A stretch of 64,000 nt of DNA, taken from assembly GCA_964636705.1 (NCBI GenBank), contig CAZWUJ010000013.1, positions 25,574 through 89,573 of the forward strand, written 5' to 3'. The notes below the pieces were generated by a model. The model was not told the DNA's origin. It was given only the letters and a program-made list of their open reading frames with translations, and did not search any database. Below are positions 55,103-61,713 of the stretch, one piece after another. Every line of letters starts with the position of its first letter. The stretch's first letter is position 1. Origin of the DNA: an uncultured Vicinamibacteraceae bacterium. Lineage in GTDB: Bacteria; Acidobacteriota; Vicinamibacteria; Vicinamibacterales; UBA8438. The position numbers were made by a program, and so were the translations under genes.

Positions 55103-56097
55103 GCCGCCGCTCCCGTCCGGCTGCGATAGTCCGAGACCCAGCGCGCGGCCTCCGCCAGCCGATCGTACCCTTCGATCGCAACGCCTGCGTCAACCAACCC
55201 CGCGGCCTCCTCCACGCGACGCGGAACCCGCAACCGGTGCAGCACGTTGCCCATCACGCGAACATCGTCCACGAACTGATTGTCGGCCGTTGCGAACGGT
55301 ACAACCATATAGGGGATGAATTCGGTCACCGGCTGCGTCCCGAACCATCGGCTCTTGAACGCACCCAGATGCCCCTTCAGCGACTTCTCCCTTGCGTTCC
55401 GGCCCGTCGCGACCTGCGCGGCGGCGAGCGGGAAGCCCGGCAGCCGATCGAGGTGCGGGCGGGCGGCAAAGACATCGACCTGATCGTCCTTCGGCAGCCG
55501 GGGCACGCCGGCCTGCGCCTCAACGCGACCGTCGCCGAGCTGCAGCCAGATCTGCTCCAGTTTGTGGAGAAACGGAGAACGGTCCGGCCGCGGAAACCCG
55601 AATGACCACGCATGCCCCTGCACCTCCGCCGCCATGGCCGCAGTTGCGAAGAACTGGAAGTACTCCCGCAGACGTGGCACCTCGGCATCGCCTGGATGCA
55701 GGTCCGAACCCTCGAGTATCGGCGTCACTGCCCGCAGATTGGACAGCACGAGGCTGAGCACATACGCGGTCTGCCCGAACGACTCCTCATTCAACTCGCA
55801 GGTCAGAACATCGCCGCGACCATCGAGCACGAACGGATACGCCGTGCCGAGTGCGTCCCGCCGCGTCTGGATCCGGGACGCGGCGCTGCATACGATTTCC
55901 TCCTCGCCGTCGAACATCTCGGCCTGCACGTCGACGTGATCTTCGGCTGCGCCGAGAGAGGCTGCGTTCGCGAGGTCGGACGTTCGAGCTGTACTGTCGG
56001 CGGCGAAGAAGGCGGTGAGCTCAAGATAGTCGGCGGCCAGATCGACGTCGATCGAAGAGCCGGTTACCGCGTCCGTGGGCAGGTAAAGGGCGAGCAT
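55099..56097 (-). CDS. Unknown 332-aa protein, possible nuclease-fold effector
   Basis: No family recognised. 'PKDDQVDVFAARPH...AAAQVATGRNAREK' loosely recalls a D...(D/E/Q)xK nuclease core, but the lysine is not evident. Coupled to both neighbours by overlapping start and stop codons. Confidence 0.6.
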   Translation of the reverse strand: MLALYLPTDAVTGSSIDVDLAADYLELTAFFAADSTARTSDLANAASLGAAEDHVDVQAEMFDGEEEIVCSAASRIQTRRDALGTAYPFVLDGRGDVLTCELNEESFGQTAYVLSLVLSNLRAVTPILEGSDLHPGDAEVPRLREYFQFFATAAMAAEVQGHAWSFGFPRPDRSPFLHKLEQIWLQLGDGRVEAQAGVPRLPKDDQVDVFAARPHLDRLPGFPLAAAQVATGRNAREKSLKGHLGAFKSRWFGTQPVTEFIPYMVVPFATADNQFVDDVRVMGNVLHRLRVPRRVEEAAGLVDAGVAIEGYDRLAEAARWVSDYRSRTGAAA

Positions 56098-57245
56098 CAG
56101 TCCGACGAACGTGCGTGCCGGCGCTTCTTCGCCATGCGCGCATGCACGGCTTCGGCCGTCTCCTTGATGTCCTCCGCGATGTCAAGGAGTGACTGGTCCC
56201 GCCCGTCGTAGGCTCGCAGCGAGCCGGCTGCGTCCCCGATAGCCTCCCGCGCGCGGAGCAGCGACGCCGTGAACCGCGTGTCCACGGATTCTGTGCTTGC
56301 GTGCGCCTCGTCCAGATCGCCCGTCTGCTTCAGGACGTGTAGCGACTCGGCGTGGACGAGCACTTCACCGAGACGCTTGATGTCAGGGTTCTGCTTTTGG
56401 ACGACCGGCGCCACGTCGTCGGCCTTCGAGCCGTATATCCAGACCAGCACCTGCTTCAGCCGAGGGAGTCTGTCCCGCGGGACCTGATCCGGCGTCGGAT
56501 CATGGCGCGACCACGCGGCTTCCAGACCCAGGTAGTCCATGTACTGAGAGCGCGAGAGCGCCGTGTACAGATGTGAGAAACCGAACTTCGGAGGGTATCG
56601 GTCCTCGATATCGAACAGCCCTTGCTCTCGCGCCTGGTCCAGCACGTAGATGGCCGACACCATGCGTTTGATCGTGTCGTGCCTATCGCCGATGGCCTGC
56701 GCTATCTGTTCCAGGCCGATCCCATTCTCGCGGCCTTTCTGGTACCAGTCCGCCGCAAACCGAGCCTTCGCGTAGGCGTCCCATTTCTGCGGACCGTTGA
56801 TGTGCTTGAAGCCGATGAAGGCGCGAGCCCGTTGCCGGCTTGCGACGGGATACACGGAAACCTCGTCGAGCGTCTGCTGGACCCCGTCGTCGATCTCCGG
56901 AACGGTGATACGCGTGCTCTCAGCGGCTGCGATCCTTCGCACCAGGGCCGGTTCCCGCAGGAGACGCAGCGTTGCAAGCCGCCGGTTGCCCTCCAAGACA
57001 ATCAGCGCGTCATCGTCGGCGTCGTCTTCCATCACGACGAGGGGCTCGATGTCGAGGTAGCCGTTGGCGGAGATTGACTGCAGGAGCTCGTCGAGCTCCG
57101 CCGACCGATAGAGCCGCGCGATGATCCATTCGTCGGACGCATCCGTTGCCTCGCCGACCAGCCGCGGATTCCCCCGGTCCAGCCGCAGCCGCTCGACCGG
57201 AACCTTCGCGGTCGTCTCAAGTACCATGCTCACCCCGCTGTGCAC
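56097..57245 (-). CDS. ParB/Srx N-terminal-domain protein
   Basis: 'RLDRGNPRL', 'NGYLDIEPLVV' and 'LIVLEGNRRLATLRLL' (the ParB GxxR box), followed by a helical C-terminal region. An alternative start lies at 57227. Confidence 0.75.
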   Translation of the reverse strand: MHSGVSMVLETTAKVPVERLRLDRGNPRLVGEATDASDEWIIARLYRSAELDELLQSISANGYLDIEPLVVMEDDADDDALIVLEGNRRLATLRLLREPALVRRIAAAESTRITVPEIDDGVQQTLDEVSVYPVASRQRARAFIGFKHINGPQKWDAYAKARFAADWYQKGRENGIGLEQIAQAIGDRHDTIKRMVSAIYVLDQAREQGLFDIEDRYPPKFGFSHLYTALSRSQYMDYLGLEAAWSRHDPTPDQVPRDRLPRLKQVLVWIYGSKADDVAPVVQKQNPDIKRLGEVLVHAESLHVLKQTGDLDEAHASTESVDTRFTASLLRAREAIGDAAGSLRAYDGRDQSLLDIAEDIKETAEAVHARMAKKRRHARSSD

Positions 57246-57444
57246 CGTCGCCTGACGGTGGTTCCTCCGCTTCCTGCCCGCGCGCGACCCGCCGCGGTGG
57301 GTAGCTCACGTACTCGATACCGGACTCGGCCTCCCGTTTCCGGATGCGTCGGAAGATCTCCTTGACGTCGTTGCCGCACTCCGCAGCGAACTTGTCGCGT
57401 ATCGCAAGCACTTCAGCCACGACAGGATCATCCCGCATCGCCAT
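57217..57444 (-). CDS. Small hypothetical protein (75 aa) heading the ParB operon
   Basis: 'MAMRDDPVVAEVLAIRDKFAAECGNDVKEIFRRIRKREAESGIEYVSYPPRRV'. It overlaps the ParB-like start. Confidence 0.5.
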   Translation of the reverse strand: MAMRDDPVVAEVLAIRDKFAAECGNDVKEIFRRIRKREAESGIEYVSYPPRRVARGQEAEEPPSGDGAQRGEHGT

Positions 57445-57479
57445 GTCACAAAGATAGCCGATGCCGGCGGCCGCTCGGA

Positions 57480-57730
57480 CTCGGAACACCTTCATCACCT
57501 CGTCGCCGAGGTGATTGATGACCTGGACGGCGATGCGGCCCGACTCGGGGCGGCCGAACGGACGCCAGATGTCGCTGTGGAGCGAACGACCACGCGTCGG
57601 CGTTGATCTCGGCCTTGAGCGCCTTGTAGGGGTCGTTCGCAGCGAGGAAGTAGGCGTACCGGACGACGAAGCTCTCCTCGTCGTAGTCGGTGTCGCTGAA
57701 CCAAAACGCGATGCCGTCGATGTGGGCGGC
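57480..57730 (-). pseudogene. C-terminal remnant of a type III-like DNA methyltransferase
   Basis: 'IDGIAFWFSDTDYDEESFVVRYAYFLAANDPYKALKAEINADAWS', then after a frameshift 'RPFGRPESGRIAVQVINHLGDEVMKVFRV'. This is the typical C-terminus of mod-type methylases. Confidence 0.5.
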
Positions 57731-57744
57731 TAGCGTCGACCTGC

Positions 57745-57885
57745 CGCGAGGCGGAAGAGACCCGTTCTACGAGCGATTGAATCGTGTTCTTGACGAGGCG
57801 GGCCTCGACGACTTTGTCGAGAGCGCGTGCGCGAAGTTCTACGCGGGCGGGGTGGGCCGTCCGAGTCTGGCTCGGGCCGTGAATC
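57745..57885 (+). mobile_element. IS5/IS1182-type transposase N-terminal fragment (InsH-N/DUF772-like)
   Basis: 'RDPFYERLNRVLDEAGLDDFVESACAKFYAGGVGRPSLA'. No catalytic domain and no recognisable inverted repeats. Confidence 0.5.
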
Positions 57886-58371
57886 AGTTGAAGGAGGCCT
57901 TACAAGCTGAGGTCCTGCGCCGCGTTCTTGAAGCCCCGCCGGCATTCCTGGAGCAAATCGTCGTAGGTCTTCTGAATCAAAATGGGCTACGGCGGAGGTG
58001 ATGCTTCCATGGGCCGCGTCACCGGCGGCGCCGGCGACGGTGGGATCGACGGAACGATCCGGGAGGACAAGCTGGGACTGGATGAAGTCTACGTTCAGGC
58101 AAAGAAGTACGCCGACGGAAAGACCGTCGGTGAAGCCGAACTGCGGAACTTTGCGGGGGCCATCGACGCAGCGGGCACGACCAAGGGCGTATTCGTCACT
58201 ACGTCCAGATTCACGGACGCCGCGAAGCACTGCGTGGCGCGCAGTCCGAAGCGGATCGTCTTGATCGACGGGGAGGAACTGGCGCGTCTCATGGTCGAGC
58301 ACGGCGTCGGCGTGCGGCTCAGGGATCGTTACGAGGTCAAGAGGATCGACGAGGACTACTTCGACATGTGA
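57886..58371 (+). pseudogene. Mrr-family restriction endonuclease, N-terminally truncated and frameshifted
   Basis: 'PPAFLEQIVVGLL' is in one frame and 'MGYGGG...GDGGIDGTIREDKLGLDEVYVQAKKY...KGVFVTTSRFT...IVLIDGEELARLMVEHGVGV' is in another. The Mrr N-terminal winged-helix is absent. Confidence 0.65.
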
Positions 58372-58396
58372 TCCGGAACCAAGCCGGTCGTTCTCT

Positions 58397-59035
58397 CTAC
58401 CACAAGTCCTTCCGCAGCTGCCTCACGAGCCTGAACGTCCGACGGGCCGGCCGCGCCTTGAACATCTCAACGCCACAACTCTCACGAAGGGCGGATTCCA
58501 TCTCGTTGCGAGAAATGTCAGATTCGGCTCCTACGATTACTTGCTTGAGCGCAAGTTCGTCGGACAACCGGACGAAGTAGTGCTCGCCATCTCTCTTGCA
58601 CTTATGAAGCTGAACAACTGCGCGCCGTTCTTTTTCGTACCTCCAGTGCCAGAACTTCTTCAGAAACAGGCCCTGGGCGAAGTCCTGAGTTAACATTTCC
58701 CTCCGCGGAGGCGGGAATTCTCGCTTAGGAACATACACGACCGGGTGCACAAAGTCTTCGGGAACGTCGAATCCCAGGCAGACACCCTTGTGTTTGTCGG
58801 CATAGTGAGCCCACATCAGTGGGCTTCGCCACGTTTCGCTAAAGCAGACCAGTCCGTGGGTTCGTCCAAACCGGTGCTTTGTGTTCCGCAAGACCTGTCG
58901 AACACTCGGGTCGGAGAGTTTCACTGCAAGGAACTCAAAGGGGTCGTTCAGGTTCTCAATACACGAGACCTTCAGGCGTCTCTTTCGTAGATTCTCCACA
59001 CCGTAGTGCTTGCAGACGAAATGGTAAACGCGCAT
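58397..59035 (-). CDS. DUF2971-family protein
   Basis: 'VYHF...ENLNDPFEF', 'LVCFSETWRSPLMWAHYADKHKGVCLGF'. GGAGGA lies upstream of the ATG. The gene sits in a visibly lower-GC patch. Confidence 0.7.
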   Translation of the reverse strand: MRVYHFVCKHYGVENLRKRRLKVSCIENLNDPFEFLAVKLSDPSVRQVLRNTKHRFGRTHGLVCFSETWRSPLMWAHYADKHKGVCLGFDVPEDFVHPVVYVPKREFPPPRREMLTQDFAQGLFLKKFWHWRYEKERRAVVQLHKCKRDGEHYFVRLSDELALKQVIVGAESDISRNEMESALRESCGVEMFKARPARRTFRLVRQLRKDLW

Positions 59036-59319
59036 GAGTCATGTCCTCCCCGCTTCGCCACCCCGAGCCGAGGCACCCACTGGCTCTGCTGACTCAACGC
59101 ACGGGCGATCACATGCGCTCGACCAACCAACGCCTGGAACTGTGCCTTCAGCACGTCCTTCAAGTCCGGCTCCATCGTGTAGACCGTCCGATTGATCATG
59201 GACCGGGCCGACGAAACGCTGAACCTCGACGTCGACCCGGTGCAGGTGCGCCGGTGCGTAGCAAGACTGGCGATGGAGTAGCATGAGAGACGAACGGGAT
59301 GGGCATCGAGGGAGAAACA

Positions 59320-59559
59320 ATGACGAAGAGGAACACAGCCAAGTATCATTTCAAGGACGGCAATTTCATCGTGCACACTGGAATCACGACTGACCTTGAG
59401 AGGCGTGAAGCTGATCACCAACGAGAGTCAGGTGTGGACAGCGGCCACATCACGAAGGTTGGCCGCCTCACGACTCCTGAAGCAGCGAAAGAGTGGGAGC
59501 GAGAGCAACGAGACGCCGGAAAGCCAACCGAAGGGTACCGAACACGTCCCAGAAAATGA
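59320..59559 (+). CDS. Small GIY-YIG-like protein
   Basis: 'KYHFKDGNFIVHTGITTDLERREADH' resembles the GIY...YIG...R...E core. GGGAGA lies upstream of ATG 59320. Confidence 0.4.
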   Translation: MTKRNTAKYHFKDGNFIVHTGITTDLERREADHQRESGVDSGHITKVGRLTTPEAAKEWEREQRDAGKPTEGYRTRPRK

Positions 59560-59565
59560 CCTGCG

Positions 59566-61713
59566 CTAATCACCGACTCGAAGACGGTGTCGCTCATCAG
59601 CGGCATTCCCCGCACGCAGATCGTCCAGAAACTCCGAGCAAGGATCGACGCCGGTCACCAGTAGCCGGTCGCGTGCACGGGTGCACGCGACGTAGAGCAG
59701 GTGTCGTTCGGTGCCGTAAACCTCCTCGAGATCGGCGTCATCGCCAACGCGTTCGATCCGGGTCTGTAGCGGAATGACCTCGTCGTCGCAGGCGGCTACC
59801 GCGACCGCCCTGAACTCCAGCCCCTTGGCGAGGTGCATCGTGCCGACCGCGACCGATCCGGACACGCCGCCGGAACCGCCGTCGAGCCGCACAGCCCGCA
59901 TATCCGCCGCCTGCACAGCGGAGAGCGCTCGCTCGATCTGCTCCGACGACCTGACGAAGACGCCGATAGCTTGCGGCGCGTAGCCCTCGTCCCGTCGTGC
60001 TCGAAGCCAGTCCGCGATGGCCTCCGTCTCGTCCTCCGGCGAATCGAACGTCCTGACTTCGGGTGCCGGTCCGTTGAACACCGAGACCGTCGCTCCTCGA
60101 TGCTCCGCATCGCCGTCGACGTCTGCCAGCTCGGCCGGCAAGAGGCGGTCGGCCTGACGCCGGATCTGATGCGACGTACGGTAGTTGATCCGCAGCGTAT
60201 GGGATCGCCCGCGCACGTCGACGCCGAGCGCCCTCCAGGAGAACGGCGTCTGGAAGATCCGCTGTCCGAGATCACCGGCAAAGAACAAGCTGTTCGGCCG
60301 GCTCCCACCGAGGGCCGCCAGAAACCGCAACTCTGGGACGCCGACATCCTGCGCCTCATCGATCACGCAGAAGTCGAACGGGGGATGCGCTGCCTCTGTC
60401 ATCTTCGCCGCCACCCGCGCGAACATGCCGGGCTCCGTCAGTTTCCCGTGTTCGGCGAGCGCAGACCGGACCCGCAAGAAGATCGACCAGAGCAACTCCC
60501 GCTGCTTCTCGGCCAAGCGGGTCTTGCGGCCGAGCCGCTGCACGTCGCGATAGTCCTCCCAACTCGCGAGCTGCCAGGCGTCGACCACAACGCTCCATTC
60601 CGTCCAGAGAAAGTGCGCACCGAAACGATGGCCTTCGACCTCGGCTGCCGCTTGCCGGAGCAGTGCCCGTGTCTCTTCGTCCGCCGCCAAGTTGAGGCGG
60701 CCGACATTCGCCGTGTAGAGACGCCGACCGATGTCGCTCATCGAATGCACTTCGAGACGCTCGGCGATCTTCGGCTCGTTCCCGATGAGGCGCCTGAGAC
60801 GCGTCCGTAACGCGCCGGCCAGCGCATCCGAGAAGGTCGCGAGCAGCACGCGGCTCTCCGGATGTGCGCGCGCCAAATGCACTGCCCGATGGAGCGCCAC
60901 GATGGTCTTGCCGGTGCCGGCCGAACCCGAGAGACGAGCCGGGCCGGTGTAGTCCCGTTCGACGAGTTGTCGCTGGGCAGGGTGCAGGAAGACGGTCCAC
61001 TTCTCCCACGGGTAGTCCAGCGCGCGCTCCAGCGATTCCACGTCCGCCATCACCCGGAAGCGGCGCTGCGCATCGGGATGTGCAAACGGATCCGCGCCCG
61101 CTACGGCAGGCGCCGGACGGTCAGGCGCACCGCCGGTCGCAAGCTGCAGGAGCGCCTCGGCAGCCTCGCCCGGCAGGTGATCGGCAAGGTCGAGCAGCGT
61201 GTCCTCGGTCGCCGCCCGCACGTCACCGAGCCACTCGACCGGCACGCCGTAGCCCAGTAGATCGTCGTCCGACGCGCCGGCGAAGATTGCCGTACCCGAC
61301 GCCGTTGGTCCGCCTGCCGCCGCGCCCCGACTGGGCGCCGGGAGGTTCACCTCCACATACCGCGGTACCGGAATCTCACGTACCGTCTCACGGATCTCGA
61401 CGAGTTGGGCGGCGCCTGTCGTCGGATGCCGTTCCAGCCGCCGCCGTTCGGCCCACTGATAGGCGGCGTCGTGATGGTCGACGTAGCAGAGCAGGAAGCT
61501 GGAGGCTGTCCGGTGGACGATCAGTCGGATGTCGCGACTGACCCGAGCGGACCAGAAGTCCTTGTCCTTCGCGCGGTCGACTTGGTGCAGCTTCAGCCCC
61601 GGATGCGCCGGGTTCATCTGCAGGTCGAAAGCCGCGGTCTTGACCGCCTTCTGCTCGTCGCCGGTCAGCTTGGCGAGGCTGTCGGTGAAGGTGTCGGCGA
61701 TGCGGAACTGCAT
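59566..61713 (-). CDS. UvrD/Rep-like SF1 helicase with a RelE/ParE-like N-terminal domain
   Basis: N-terminus 'FWSARVSRDIRLIVHRTASSFLLCYVDHHDAAYQWA'. Helicase motifs 'LSGSAGTGKT', 'CVIDEAQD', 'FFAGDLGQRIF', 'NYRTS', 'TMHLAKGLEFRAV' and 'LLYVACTRARDRL'. The start overlaps the S8 peptidase stop (TGATG). Confidence 0.8.
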   Translation of the reverse strand: MQFRIADTFTDSLAKLTGDEQKAVKTAAFDLQMNPAHPGLKLHQVDRAKDKDFWSARVSRDIRLIVHRTASSFLLCYVDHHDAAYQWAERRRLERHPTTGAAQLVEIRETVREIPVPRYVEVNLPAPSRGAAAGGPTASGTAIFAGASDDDLLGYGVPVEWLGDVRAATEDTLLDLADHLPGEAAEALLQLATGGAPDRPAPAVAGADPFAHPDAQRRFRVMADVESLERALDYPWEKWTVFLHPAQRQLVERDYTGPARLSGSAGTGKTIVALHRAVHLARAHPESRVLLATFSDALAGALRTRLRRLIGNEPKIAERLEVHSMSDIGRRLYTANVGRLNLAADEETRALLRQAAAEVEGHRFGAHFLWTEWSVVVDAWQLASWEDYRDVQRLGRKTRLAEKQRELLWSIFLRVRSALAEHGKLTEPGMFARVAAKMTEAAHPPFDFCVIDEAQDVGVPELRFLAALGGSRPNSLFFAGDLGQRIFQTPFSWRALGVDVRGRSHTLRINYRTSHQIRRQADRLLPAELADVDGDAEHRGATVSVFNGPAPEVRTFDSPEDETEAIADWLRARRDEGYAPQAIGVFVRSSEQIERALSAVQAADMRAVRLDGGSGGVSGSVAVGTMHLAKGLEFRAVAVAACDDEVIPLQTRIERVGDDADLEEVYGTERHLLYVACTRARDRLLVTGVDPCSEFLDDLRAGNAADERHRLRVGD

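Noticed and set aside
58972-59421. 149-aa minus-strand ORF. The internal ATG at 59199 would give 'MINRTVYTMEPDLKDVLKAQFQALVGRAHVIARAL...'.
   Set aside because: It has no Shine-Dalgarno sequence and no recognisable family. It overlaps the DUF2971 start by more than 60 nt and the GIY-YIG-like gene in antisense. It may be a real small gene, but the sequence alone does not support the call.
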